Source: Flavobacteriaceae bacterium (GTDB taxonomy: Bacteria; Bacteroidota; Bacteroidia; Flavobacteriales; Flavobacteriaceae). From it: a stretch of 64,000 bases of DNA. The position numbers were made by a program, and so were the translations under genes. The DNA lies in contig JBAYPE010000004.1 of the NCBI GenBank assembly GCA_041677865.1, forward strand, positions 5,203-69,202, in the 5' to 3' direction. Positions 1-9,143 of this stretch are shown in pieces (positions within the stretch are counted from its first letter, which is position 1; every line of letters starts with the position of its first letter). The notes beneath the pieces were generated by a model. That model was given only the letters and a program-made list of their open reading frames with translations. It made no database searches and was not told the DNA's origin.

Positions 1-761
1 ATATAGGCAAGTCTTGTGGCTTCTCCTGCAAATACTTGTTGCCCGACCATTCCATCGTCGGTAAGATTCATTGCAAATTTGAGCATTTTTATCGAAGTCG
101 GAGATTTTGCCAAGATTTCCTGTGCCCACTCATAAGCGGTTTGTTCTAATTCGTCGTGAGGGATAACTGCATTTACCATTCCCATTTCATAAGCTTCTTG
201 GGCAGAGTAATTTCGTCCTAAAAAGAAGATTTCACGGGCTTTTTTCTGACCTACCATTTTAGCCAAATAAGCCGAACCATAACCTGCATCAAAACTGGTT
301 ACATCTGCATCGGTTTGTTTGAAAATGGCGTGTTCTTTACTGGCTAAAGTCAAATCGCAAACTACGTGAAGCGAATGTCCGCCACCTACAGCCCAACCGT
401 TTACCACACAAATTACTGCTTTTGGCATAAAGCGTATAAGTCGTTGTACTTCTAAAATATTCAGTCTATGATAACCGTCTTCTCCAACGTAGCCCTGATG
501 TCCTCTTGCTTTTTGGTCGCCTCCGCTACAAAAAGACCAACCTCCATCTTTGGTCGAAGGACCTTCAGAAGATAATAAAACCACTCCAATTGAAGTATCT
601 TCGTGAGCATCTCTGAAAGCATCTAATAATTCTGAAGTTGTTTTCGGACGGAAAGCATTGCGAACTTCAGGTCTGTTAAAAGCGATTCGGGCTACTCCAT
701 CGCACTTTTTATAGGTAATATCTTCGTATTCTTTGACGGTTTTCCAGTTTATTGTACTCAT
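1..761 (-). CDS. menB: 1,4-dihydroxy-2-naphthoyl-CoA synthase (menaquinone pathway); C-terminal end lies beyond the window edge
   Basis: Not in the ORF track because it is truncated. My translation of the minus strand from the ATG at 761-759 reads MSTINWKTVKEYEDITYKKCDGVARIAFNRPEVRNAFRP...WSFCSGGDQKARG...VVNGWAVGGGHSLHVVCDLTLAS, a crotonase-fold MenB pattern. Confidence 0.9.
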   Translation of the reverse strand, partial: MSTINWKTVKEYEDITYKKCDGVARIAFNRPEVRNAFRPKTTSELLDAFRDAHEDTSIGVVLLSSEGPSTKDGGWSFCSGGDQKARGHQGYVGEDGYHRLNILEVQRLIRFMPKAVICVVNGWAVGGGHSLHVVCDLTLASKEHAIFKQTDADVTSFDAGYGSAYLAKMVGQKKAREIFFLGRNYSAQEAYEMGMVNAVIPHDELEQTAYEWAQEILAKSPTSIKMLKFAMNLTDDGMVGQQVFAGEATRLAY

Positions 762-821
762 TTTTTTAGTATTTTAGCCCAAAATTACATCTTTTTTAAA
801 TTATAAACGATATTCAATACT

Positions 822-1931
822 ATGAAAAAATTCATTTTATCTGCTTTTACACTATTTTCTTTGGGAATTTTTGCTCAGACTTACCAATTCCAAAATGTTA
901 TTGATATAGAGAGTACTCCTGTGATTTCGCAAGACAGAACAGGAACTTGTTGGAGCTATGCTACTACCTCGTTTTTAGAATCCGAAATCATCCGTATGAC
1001 AGGAAAACAAATTGATTTATCCGAAATGTACAACGTGAGGAATACCTATATGGAAAAAGCTGAAAACTATGTGATGCGTCAAGGAAAAGCTCAATTTTCG
1101 CAAGGTGCGTTAGGACACGATGTTATAAATAGCGTAGCAAAACACGGAATTGTTCCGATTGATGTTTTTCAAGGAAAAGAAGAGTCGGAAGAAAAACACG
1201 ATCATGCCGAAATGGAAGCTGCCCTGCGAGGAATGCTCGATGCTTTTATAAAAACCAAAAAACTTTCTCCCAGATGGAGACAGGCTGTAAGTTCGGTTTT
1301 GGATATTTATATGGAAAAAAATCCATCAGAATTTACTTTTGAAGGAAAAAGATACACTCCGAAAAGCTTCTTAAACTACACCAAAATCAACCCGAAAGAT
1401 TATATATCGCTGACTTCATTTACGCATCAGCCGTTTTATTCCGATTTTATTCTGAATATTCCGGATAATTTCTCGAACGGAAGTTTTTATAATGTCCCGA
1501 TAAATGAACTCATCGAAAATATTGACAATGCTCTGTCCAAAGGTTTTACTGTTACATTAGATTGCGATGTAAGCGAAATAGGCTTTTCGGCCAAAGAAGG
1601 AATTGCTGTTATCCCGGAAAAAGAAGATAAAGAAAAAACTTTTTTGAAAGAAATCAAGCCTGAAGCCGAAATTACACAAGAATTCAGACAGCAAGAATTT
1701 GAGAATTTCAACACTACAGACGACCACCTGATGCATATCGTCGGGAAAGTAAAAGACCAAAAAGGGAATATTTATTATACGGTTAAAAACTCGTGGGGAA
1801 GTTCAGGCGAGAGAATAGGAAACAACGGATACATCTATATGAGCGTGCCTTATATCAAGCTGAAAACCATTTCGATTATGATGCACAAAGACGGGCTTTT
1901 GGCTAAAACGAAAAAAAGTTTGAAATTGTAA
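822..1931 (+). CDS. Secreted C1-family cysteine peptidase (aminopeptidase C / bleomycin hydrolase-like)
   Basis: 369 aa. Signal peptide MKKFILSAFTLFSLGIFAQ. Papain-type catalytic Cys context QDRTGTCWSYATTSFLESE. Confidence 0.85.
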   Translation: MKKFILSAFTLFSLGIFAQTYQFQNVIDIESTPVISQDRTGTCWSYATTSFLESEIIRMTGKQIDLSEMYNVRNTYMEKAENYVMRQGKAQFSQGALGHDVINSVAKHGIVPIDVFQGKEESEEKHDHAEMEAALRGMLDAFIKTKKLSPRWRQAVSSVLDIYMEKNPSEFTFEGKRYTPKSFLNYTKINPKDYISLTSFTHQPFYSDFILNIPDNFSNGSFYNVPINELIENIDNALSKGFTVTLDCDVSEIGFSAKEGIAVIPEKEDKEKTFLKEIKPEAEITQEFRQQEFENFNTTDDHLMHIVGKVKDQKGNIYYTVKNSWGSSGERIGNNGYIYMSVPYIKLKTISIMMHKDGLLAKTKKSLKL

Positions 1932-1938
1932 AAAGCTA

Positions 1939-1977
1939 ACTTTTCCAAAGTTCAAAAACTTTGGAAAAGTTTTTTTA
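1939..1977 (+). terminator. Rho-independent terminator after the peptidase gene
   Basis: Perfect 14-bp stem ACTTTTCCAAAGTT / AACTTTGGAAAAGT with a 4-nt loop, followed by a T run. Confidence 0.85.
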
Positions 1978-1982
1978 AAGAG

Positions 1983-2429
1983 ATGAAAAGGATATACAAA
2001 TCATCAGTATCAAAATGGACTTACTTGATGTTCTTTTTGATAGTTATTATAATGATAGCTCCGCTGTTTACAGAAGATTGGACTGCCGAAGACTTGAGGG
2101 AAAAAGAATTTTTTATTTACATAGGAGTTACGGTTTTAACCATCGGGCTTTTTCTTTGGATTCTGTTCGGAACGTATTACAAAATCGAAAACGACTATTT
2201 GCATCATCGCTCAGGACCGCTTTTCGGGAAAATGAAAATCTCTTCCATCAAGAAGATTAAATATCATTCGGGTTGGTATGTGCCTGTTCTTTACAGACCT
2301 TCAACTGATATTGTCGGAGTAATTATCACTTATAACAAGTTTGACGATATTTATTTTTCGCCTCAACAACGAGATGAGTTTGTAAGAGATTTACTCAAAA
2401 TAAATCCTGAGATTGAAGTAATTGACTAA
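1983..2429 (+). CDS. Hypothetical small membrane protein (two N-terminal TM helices, possibly a bacterial PH-like domain)
   Basis: 148-aa ORF with hydrophobic segments WTYLMFFLIVIIMIAPLF and FFIYIGVTVLTIGLFLWILFG. I recognise no family signature. Confidence 0.55.
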   Translation: MKRIYKSSVSKWTYLMFFLIVIIMIAPLFTEDWTAEDLREKEFFIYIGVTVLTIGLFLWILFGTYYKIENDYLHHRSGPLFGKMKISSIKKIKYHSGWYVPVLYRPSTDIVGVIITYNKFDDIYFSPQQRDEFVRDLLKINPEIEVID

Positions 2430-3667
2430 AACTCTTTTACCCTTCCGTTAATCAATACTTTATCAATCAGGTTTGTCCCGAAAGAGTAGGGAATTTGGTA
2501 GAAATTCGGAATGGGTTTGGTGATAATCAAATTGGCTTTTTTACCTTTAGTAATACTTCCAACTTCGTTTTGCACACCCATAGCGTAAGCTCCGTTAATC
2601 GTAGCTGCATTGATGGCTTCTTCGGGAGTCATTTTCATTTTGATACAAGCTGTGGCTACTACGAAATTCATATTTCCGCTTGGAGTTGTTCCGGGATTAA
2701 AGTCTGAAGCCAAAGCCAAAGGCAAACCTTCAGCAATCATTTTTCGAGCAGGAGTGTAGGAAATACTGATAAAATAAGAACAAGACGGAAGTGCTACAGG
2801 CATGGTTTTCGAACCTTTTAGAGCCTCAATATCTTCATCATTCATTACTTCTAAATGATCAACCGAAAGCACATTGTTTTCCACACACATCTGAATTCCA
2901 CCTATGGTTGTGAATTGATTCACGTGTATTTTTGAAGGCAATCCGTAACGGTTTCCAGCTTCGATAATCTGACGAGTTTGCTCTACAGAAAAATAACCTG
3001 TTTCTAAGAAAGCATCAATATAATCAGCTAATTTTTCTTCTGCTATTTTAGGAAGCATTTCGTTTGTAATCAAATCAACATAGGCTTGTTGATTTTCTTT
3101 AAATTCTTTTGGGAAAGCATGAGCTCCTAAGAAAGTTGCTTTGACAGGTAAATTGTAATCGCCTCTAAGTCTTTTTATTACACGAAGCATTTTAAGCTCA
3201 CCTTCAAGTGTAAGTCCATAGCCCGATTTGATTTCAACCGCTCCGGTTCCCTGCGAAATGACCTCTTCCAAACGTGCTTTGGATTGATTGTAAAGCTCTT
3301 CTTCGGAAGTTTCGTTGAGCAATTGGGCTGAATTTAAAATCCCTCCTCCACGATTAGCAATTTCCTCATACGAAAGTCCGTTGATTCGATCAACAAATTC
3401 CTGTACACGGTTTCCAGCATATACGATATGAGTGTGCGAATCTACCCAAGTAGGCATAACCACTTTTCCGGTCGCATCAATCACGTTTTCAACCTCAATT
3501 TCAGATAAATCTTTCATCAATCCGAAATCCGAAATTAAATCATTTTCGATAAGTAAAAAAGCATTTTCCAACACAGGAAGCGTATTCATATCTGCTCCCG
3601 AAACCATTTCTACGTTGGTTTCTCTGACTTGAACAAGTTGTTTTATGTTGATAATAAGTGTTTGCAT
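2426..3667 (-). CDS. hutI: Imidazolonepropionase (histidine utilisation)
   Basis: 413 aa. Amidohydrolase metal motif WVDSHTHIVYAGNR. Overall HutI-like layout (KIHVNQF, ALASDFNPGT). Confidence 0.9.
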   Translation of the reverse strand: MQTLIINIKQLVQVRETNVEMVSGADMNTLPVLENAFLLIENDLISDFGLMKDLSEIEVENVIDATGKVVMPTWVDSHTHIVYAGNRVQEFVDRINGLSYEEIANRGGGILNSAQLLNETSEEELYNQSKARLEEVISQGTGAVEIKSGYGLTLEGELKMLRVIKRLRGDYNLPVKATFLGAHAFPKEFKENQQAYVDLITNEMLPKIAEEKLADYIDAFLETGYFSVEQTRQIIEAGNRYGLPSKIHVNQFTTIGGIQMCVENNVLSVDHLEVMNDEDIEALKGSKTMPVALPSCSYFISISYTPARKMIAEGLPLALASDFNPGTTPSGNMNFVVATACIKMKMTPEEAINAATINGAYAMGVQNEVGSITKGKKANLIITKPIPNFYQIPYSFGTNLIDKVLINGRVKEF

Positions 3668-3738
3668 TTTCTTTGTTTTTTTTAGATAGTAAGATTTAAG
3701 ATTTGTATTGCAAGGTTGTAAAGTAAAATATAACTAAT

Positions 3739-4044
3739 CTATCGCAATACTACATCTTTTACTACGTCTTTGCCTAATTCTTCATTAATCATTTTGATGA
3801 TTTTCTGCTTTCCGTAAAGGAGTTCTTCTCGTAAAACAGACGAAGTAAGCCATACATAAAGCACATTGTTTTTCAGGATTACTTCTTTGGTGTAGTTGTT
3901 TACTCCGTTTCCCATTAGGTTTATCCAAGCTTGTTTGGCATCAACAGCATCTAATCCTTTTTCGAGTTTGTTTTTTTCGATAAATTCTTTAAGTACATCA
4001 GAAATCGAAAAACTGTCGTTATTTCGTTTGGTGTTACTCTTCAT
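3739..4044 (-). CDS. DUF721-like small protein
   Basis: 101 aa. Central WINLMGNGVNNYTKEVILKNNVLYVWLTSSVLREEL pattern typical of DUF721 proteins. Overlaps the upstream lipoprotein gene by 11 nt. Confidence 0.65.
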   Translation of the reverse strand: MKSNTKRNNDSFSISDVLKEFIEKNKLEKGLDAVDAKQAWINLMGNGVNNYTKEVILKNNVLYVWLTSSVLREELLYGKQKIIKMINEELGKDVVKDVVLR

Positions 4045-4462
4045 GCATAAGTAGGTTTATCGGTTCGGCTCTTTTATAGTAGTAAGTTTTATCTTCAGAG
4101 TTTTTCAGGATTAGTTTATTTTTAGTTATCTCTATAATTGTTAATTCTCTATCATTAAACTCCGAATGAAACTGGATTTTAAGGATGGTCTCATCTTTGG
4201 TAATTTCGATTTCTTCGCTGTATTCATCTACAATGAAAGTTCCGTCTAATTGAGGATAAGCCTTTTTGTAAAACCCTTTGTAATTATGATCGATTTCGTA
4301 GTAGTCATAAATAGTATTTATGTTAAAACCTATTTCATTTCCGTCGGGTTGAATTACTTTATGAATTTCCCAGTATCCGTTCAGGTTTTGTAAATCTCCT
4401 TTTTCAACCGAGTTGCAGCCGATTGTTACAAGCAAAATCGCAATAAAGTATATTTTTTTCAT
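4034..4462 (-). CDS. Lipoprotein, lipocalin-like
   Basis: 142 aa. Lipobox MKKIYFIAILLVTIGC followed by a beta-rich soluble domain. Confidence 0.65.
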   Translation of the reverse strand: MKKIYFIAILLVTIGCNSVEKGDLQNLNGYWEIHKVIQPDGNEIGFNINTIYDYYEIDHNYKGFYKKAYPQLDGTFIVDEYSEEIEITKDETILKIQFHSEFNDRELTIIEITKNKLILKNSEDKTYYYKRAEPINLLMHEE

Positions 4463-4628
4463 TTTGAATTTTTAATGCGTAAAGTTAATAAAATAAAAAT
4501 ACAGAAAACACAAACTCTTTACAATGTATTCGTTTGTATTTACCATTTGTTTTATTACCTTTGAGCCCTTGTATTTAACAATTTGTTTTGATTTGGAATT
4601 CTAATAGTTAAAAAACACATTTTAAGTT

Positions 4629-6020
4629 ATGTCTTTTAATAAAAGAAAGATACATTTCGAAATATCTGAGCGTAAAATTCTGCTAAGAATAATTGATGTA
4701 GCGGTTGTTCTTGCTGCATTGTATTTTGCCGGGCAAATATTTGATTTTGACTATTTTAAGATAACTTCAGATAATTTTCTTTCCATTGTTCTCCTTTGTT
4801 TTTATATAACTATTTTCGGGACTATTTTTGATATGTATCACCTACCTGCAACGATAAACCCGCTGCGAATTACTCAAGGTGTACTTTTGACAACTTCTTT
4901 TTCGTCGTTATTTTTCTTCCTTACTCCGTTTTTTACGCCTTATCTGCCGCAAAACAGAATGCAGATTGTTTACTTTTATTTGGCGGTTCTCATTTCGTTG
5001 ATGTTGTGGAGGTTTTTTTATATGAAATTTCTGACCTCGAGCAGGTTTGTAAAAAAAACAGTACTTATCTGCCGTAAAGAGCAGTTTTATCAACTAAGAG
5101 AGGCCATACAGAAAGCCGACCCGAATCATAGAATCGTGGGAATTCTTGACACAGAAAACGAAGATTTATCTGATATTACAGACAATGAAGTAACAATTTT
5201 AAAAAATATTGACGAACTCGAAGAGTTTATGTTTTCTAACGGAATACGAGAGTTGATGATTTCGCCTGATTCCGATATAAGAAAAATGCATGCGAAACTA
5301 CTACAGCTTATAGAAAACGGGATTTTTATCAAAGATTATTTGTATGCTTACGAGCAATTATTTAATAAGGTTCCAATAGATTTAATCGAAAAAGATTTTT
5401 ACAGATATTTTCCGTTTAGTAGAAGCAACCACAACAAGCTGTATCTGTTTGCCGTAAGGGCAGGAGAGGTGGTTTTTTCTGTCGTAGGACTTATCGGAAT
5501 GATACTGCTTCTACCTTTTATACTCATTATTAATGCTGTTGGTAATAAAGGTCCGCTTTTTTACACTCAGGAAAGAATTGGCAGAAACGGAAGACCGTTC
5601 AGTATTATCAAGTTTCGTTCGATGGTTAAAGATGCTGAAAAAAACGGAGCTGTGTTTGCCCAAAAAAACGATATGCGAATTACTCCTTTCGGACGTTTTC
5701 TAAGAAAAACAAGAATAGACGAGGTTCCTCAGCTCCTGAATGTACTCAAAGGAGAAATGTCAGTTATAGGACCCAGGCCGGAAAGAGCTTATTTTGTAGA
5801 GCAAATTACCGAGAAAATGCCTTTTTACCCAGCCCGACACGCTATAAAACCCGGACTTACAGGTTGGGCTCAAATCAATTACAAATACGGGGATTCCATC
5901 GAAGACAGTATCGAAAAGTTAAAATATGACTTGTTTTACATCAAGCGTAGAAGTGTATTTTTAGACATCAATATTGTAGTGAAAACCATCGGTACGGTAT
6001 TGTTTTACAGAGGACAGTAA
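4629..6020 (+). CDS. Polyprenyl-phosphate glycosylphosphotransferase (WbaP/EpsB-type bacterial sugar transferase)
   Basis: 463 aa. N-terminal TM helices. C-terminal bacterial sugar-transferase domain: RIGRNGRPFSIIKFRSM, DEVPQLLNVLKGEMSVIGPRPE. Confidence 0.85.
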   Translation: MSFNKRKIHFEISERKILLRIIDVAVVLAALYFAGQIFDFDYFKITSDNFLSIVLLCFYITIFGTIFDMYHLPATINPLRITQGVLLTTSFSSLFFFLTPFFTPYLPQNRMQIVYFYLAVLISLMLWRFFYMKFLTSSRFVKKTVLICRKEQFYQLREAIQKADPNHRIVGILDTENEDLSDITDNEVTILKNIDELEEFMFSNGIRELMISPDSDIRKMHAKLLQLIENGIFIKDYLYAYEQLFNKVPIDLIEKDFYRYFPFSRSNHNKLYLFAVRAGEVVFSVVGLIGMILLLPFILIINAVGNKGPLFYTQERIGRNGRPFSIIKFRSMVKDAEKNGAVFAQKNDMRITPFGRFLRKTRIDEVPQLLNVLKGEMSVIGPRPERAYFVEQITEKMPFYPARHAIKPGLTGWAQINYKYGDSIEDSIEKLKYDLFYIKRRSVFLDINIVVKTIGTVLFYRGQ

Positions 6021-6070
6021 ACGCCTTTCTCAAAGGGTATGAAATCAGCGGTTAATAGTTGAATTTACAC

Positions 6071-6101
6071 TTTGCAGGTTCAAAAAAATAGTTTACATTT
6101 G
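6071..6101 (+). promoter_or_regulatory. Bacteroidota-type promoter, TTTG-N19-TACATTTG
   Basis: TTTG at 6071-6074, exactly 19 nt of spacer, then TAcaTTTG at 6094-6101. This matches the TTTG/TAnnTTTG consensus described for Bacteroides and Flavobacterium. Confidence 0.55.
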
Positions 6102-6183
6102 CACCGCATTACACTAAGAAAGATGGTTGCAGGTCTGTCTGCAAAAATGCAAAGAGATGAAATAAAACTATTAAATAATACGG

Positions 6184-6219
6184 AGAGCCATCCTGACAAA
6201 GTTGATGGCTCTTATTTAT
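6184..6219 (+). terminator. Intrinsic terminator-like hairpin in the spacer upstream of yidC
   Basis: GAGCCATC (6184-6191), 11-nt loop, GATGGCTC (6203-6210), then TTATTTATT. Confidence 0.55.
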
Positions 6220-6283
6220 TATAAAAACGTAAGACGGACATAACACGAGCGAAAGCAACTGTATGGAATAAAAGAAAAAACAA

Positions 6284-8182
6284 ATGGAAGAAAAGAAATT
6301 TGATTTTAGAACCCTGTTTGCCTTTGTGCTTATTTTTGGAATCCTACTTTGGATAATGTACCAAAACCAGCCTACACCCGAACAAATAGCCGAATCAAAA
6401 GCAAAAAAGGAATTAGCAGAATCGCAAAGTGCTGATACAACTATTGCCGAAACTCAAACAGAGTTTGCCTCGACTGATGCAGGTGAAAATGATTCACTAA
6501 GAATGGCTCAATTGCAAAGTTCTTTAGGAAGTTTCGCCCTTTCGGGGATGGTAGAAGAGAAAACTACGGTTTTAGAAAACGAAGTTCTAAGATTAGAGAT
6601 TTCTAACAAAGGTGGTTATATCTCCAAAGCAGAGGTAAAGAATTTCGAACAGTTCAAAAAAGGTTCCGGGAGTCTTGTAAACATCATCAAAGATAATAAT
6701 GCCCAGTTCAACATACAGCTAAAAACTCAGGAAAACCGCATTTTTGATACAAAAGATTTGTTATTTGAACCTGTGCTTACCAAAGACGGGCAAAATCAAG
6801 TGCTTACACTTCGCCTGAAAGCAGATGACAATAAATTTTTGGAATACAAATACGTATTAAAGCCTAATGAATATATGATGGATTTTTCTGTCAGAACACA
6901 AGGCTTATCGTCGGTTTTGAATACTTCAGAGCCTTTGCAATTAAGTTGGGATTTGACGGCTTTTCGCAACGAAAAATCGGTTACGTACGAAAATCGTTAT
7001 ACCGAACTTATATTTGAATACGAAAACGGAAAAGACGATTACTTAGGACAAGGAAAATCAGACACAGAAAAGGCTAAAGAAGTAAGTTATATTGCATACA
7101 AACAACACTTTTTTACTTCAGTTCTTTTAACAGATACTCCGTTTAAGACAGTTGATTTCACTTCTAAAAATTTGGTTCAGGACGAAGAAATTGACACACT
7201 TCAAACTAAGTCGTTTGCTTCTGTAATTCCATTAGAATTCAAAGGAGGAGAGGTAAACTACAATATGAATTGGTATTATGGTCCGACCGATTACAAAATT
7301 CTAAACAGCTACAACCGAAATCTTGATGAGATTGTTCCGCTCGGTTGGGGTATTTTCGGTTGGATAAATCGTTATTTGTTCATTCCTACTTATGAATTTT
7401 TGGGCGGATTTATCCCTCACGGAATTGCCATTATCATTTTTACGATTTTAATAAGAATTGCTATTTCTCCTATTACATATAAGTCGTATTTGTCTCAGGC
7501 AAAAATGAAGGCGCTACGTCCGGATATAAACGAGCTGAACGAGAAATACAAAAAAGATCCGATGAAAAAGCAACAGGAAATGATGGCATTGTATTCCAAA
7601 GCGGGAGTAAACCCGATGGCAGGTTGTATTCCGGCTCTGATGCAGATTCCGATTTTCTATGCGTTGTTTATGTTTTTCCCATCGACAATAGAGTTAAGGC
7701 AAAAACCATTTTTATGGGCAGACGATTTGTCTTCGTATGATGTGATTGCAGAACTTCCGTTTTACATTCCGTTTTACGGAAATCACATTAGTTTATTCCC
7801 GATTTTGGCAGGTATCGCGATTTTCTTTTATATGAAAATGACAACCGGAGATCAACAAATGGCACAACCAACCCAAGAAGGAATGCCGGATATGGGTAAA
7901 ATTATGAAGATAATGATTTACATTTCTCCAATTATGATGATTATCTTTTTTAATATGTATGCTTCGGGCTTGTCGTTGTATTATTTTGTGTCTAACCTAA
8001 TTACCATCGGAATTATGTTGGTTATCAAACGCTATATTATAGACAACGAAAAAATACACGCAAAAATTCAGGAGAATAAAACCAAACCTAAAAAAGAAAG
8101 TAAATTTCAAAAGAAAATGCGTGAAGCAATGGAACAAGCACAAGAACAACAAAGGCAAAAACAAAAGCAAAACAAAAAATGA
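6284..8182 (+). CDS. yidC: Membrane protein insertase YidC (long periplasmic-domain form)
   Basis: 632 aa. N-terminal TM helix, large periplasmic domain, conserved C-terminal core (GWGIFGWINRYLF, MKALRPDINELNEKYK, NPMAGCIPALMQIPIFYALF) and a basic tail. Confidence 0.95.
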   Translation: MEEKKFDFRTLFAFVLIFGILLWIMYQNQPTPEQIAESKAKKELAESQSADTTIAETQTEFASTDAGENDSLRMAQLQSSLGSFALSGMVEEKTTVLENEVLRLEISNKGGYISKAEVKNFEQFKKGSGSLVNIIKDNNAQFNIQLKTQENRIFDTKDLLFEPVLTKDGQNQVLTLRLKADDNKFLEYKYVLKPNEYMMDFSVRTQGLSSVLNTSEPLQLSWDLTAFRNEKSVTYENRYTELIFEYENGKDDYLGQGKSDTEKAKEVSYIAYKQHFFTSVLLTDTPFKTVDFTSKNLVQDEEIDTLQTKSFASVIPLEFKGGEVNYNMNWYYGPTDYKILNSYNRNLDEIVPLGWGIFGWINRYLFIPTYEFLGGFIPHGIAIIIFTILIRIAISPITYKSYLSQAKMKALRPDINELNEKYKKDPMKKQQEMMALYSKAGVNPMAGCIPALMQIPIFYALFMFFPSTIELRQKPFLWADDLSSYDVIAELPFYIPFYGNHISLFPILAGIAIFFYMKMTTGDQQMAQPTQEGMPDMGKIMKIMIYISPIMMIIFFNMYASGLSLYYFVSNLITIGIMLVIKRYIIDNEKIHAKIQENKTKPKKESKFQKKMREAMEQAQEQQRQKQKQNKK

Positions 8183-8193
8183 TACACTTAAAA

Positions 8194-8226
8194 AAGGAAC
8201 AGTTTTGGCTGTTCCTTTCTTATTTT
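8194..8226 (+). terminator. Rho-independent terminator after yidC
   Basis: AAGGAACAG / CTGTTCCTT 9-bp stem, 6-nt loop, T-rich tail. Confidence 0.75.
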
Positions 8227-8315
8227 AAAGAGTTCATTCCTTTTACCTAATAAGGATTAAGCAAATATTCACAGAGAAAATGTTACCTTTGTTTTTTTGA
8301 AAAAATAGAAACGCT

Positions 8316-9119
8316 ATGATGCAAATTACCGAAACTGTCAAGCAGTTAATTATCATAAATATATTATTTTTTATAGGAAGTCATTTTGTTCCTGAAGCTC
8401 AGGTGTATTTACCGATGTATTACTTTGAAAGTGATATGTTTAAATTCTGGCAGCCCATAACCCACATGTTTATGCACGGAAATTTTATGCATATTTTATT
8501 CAATATGTTCGGACTGTTTATGTTTGGCTCTACGCTTGAACAGTTTTGGGGAGCTAAAAAGTTTTTGTTCTTTTATATTTCGTGCGGACTGGGAGCAGCA
8601 CTGATTCATCAAGGAGTAAATTATTACGAGGTTCATTCTTTATTGGGGCAGATTTCTAATGCGAATTTATCTTCTTCAGATGTTTATGCTATTCTCAACA
8701 CAAATTTTAATGATGGAAGCGGAATGTATAGGGGAGAGTTGTTATATAAAAATGCATCTGAAATTTTTGACAGAGTAAACTTAACCAGCGAGGAGTTTGG
8801 AATTTTGTTTAAAGCAGCAATCGAAAGTCAGTCGGCTGTAGTTGGAGCGTCAGGAGCTTTGTACGGATTGTTGGCAGCTTTTGCTTTTATGTTTCCGAAT
8901 GTAGAACTAATGTTGATGTTTATACCTATTCCGATTAAGGCAAAATATTTTGTTCCCGGTCTTATGCTAATCGATTTGATTTCAGGATTAAACGGAAACT
9001 CAATTTTCGGAATGAGTACCGGAATTGCTCATTTTGCCCACTTGGGAGGAGCTCTGACAGGTTTTTTTATAATGTGGTACTGGAAGAAAAGTCAATTTAA
9101 TCAGAATCGTTGGAATTAA
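8316..9119 (+). CDS. Rhomboid-family intramembrane serine protease (copy 1, with an internal hydrophilic insertion)
   Basis: 267 aa. HMFMHGNFMHILFNM, catalytic GASGALYG and HLGGALTG. A TACCTTTG -7 box lies at 8284-8291. Confidence 0.85.
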   Translation: MMQITETVKQLIIINILFFIGSHFVPEAQVYLPMYYFESDMFKFWQPITHMFMHGNFMHILFNMFGLFMFGSTLEQFWGAKKFLFFYISCGLGAALIHQGVNYYEVHSLLGQISNANLSSSDVYAILNTNFNDGSGMYRGELLYKNASEIFDRVNLTSEEFGILFKAAIESQSAVVGASGALYGLLAAFAFMFPNVELMLMFIPIPIKAKYFVPGLMLIDLISGLNGNSIFGMSTGIAHFAHLGGALTGFFIMWYWKKSQFNQNRWN

Positions 9120-9143
9120 TACTGGTTAGAACACTTTATTAAA

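Noticed and set aside
6107-6219. Whether the promoter-to-terminator unit upstream of yidC is SRP RNA, 6S RNA or another known housekeeping RNA.
   Set aside because: It has no SRP domain-IV-like motif (no GGAA tetraloop helix with flanking AGCAG-type symmetric loop) and is too short for 6S, tmRNA or RNase P RNA. It is kept only as an unclassified candidate in the findings.
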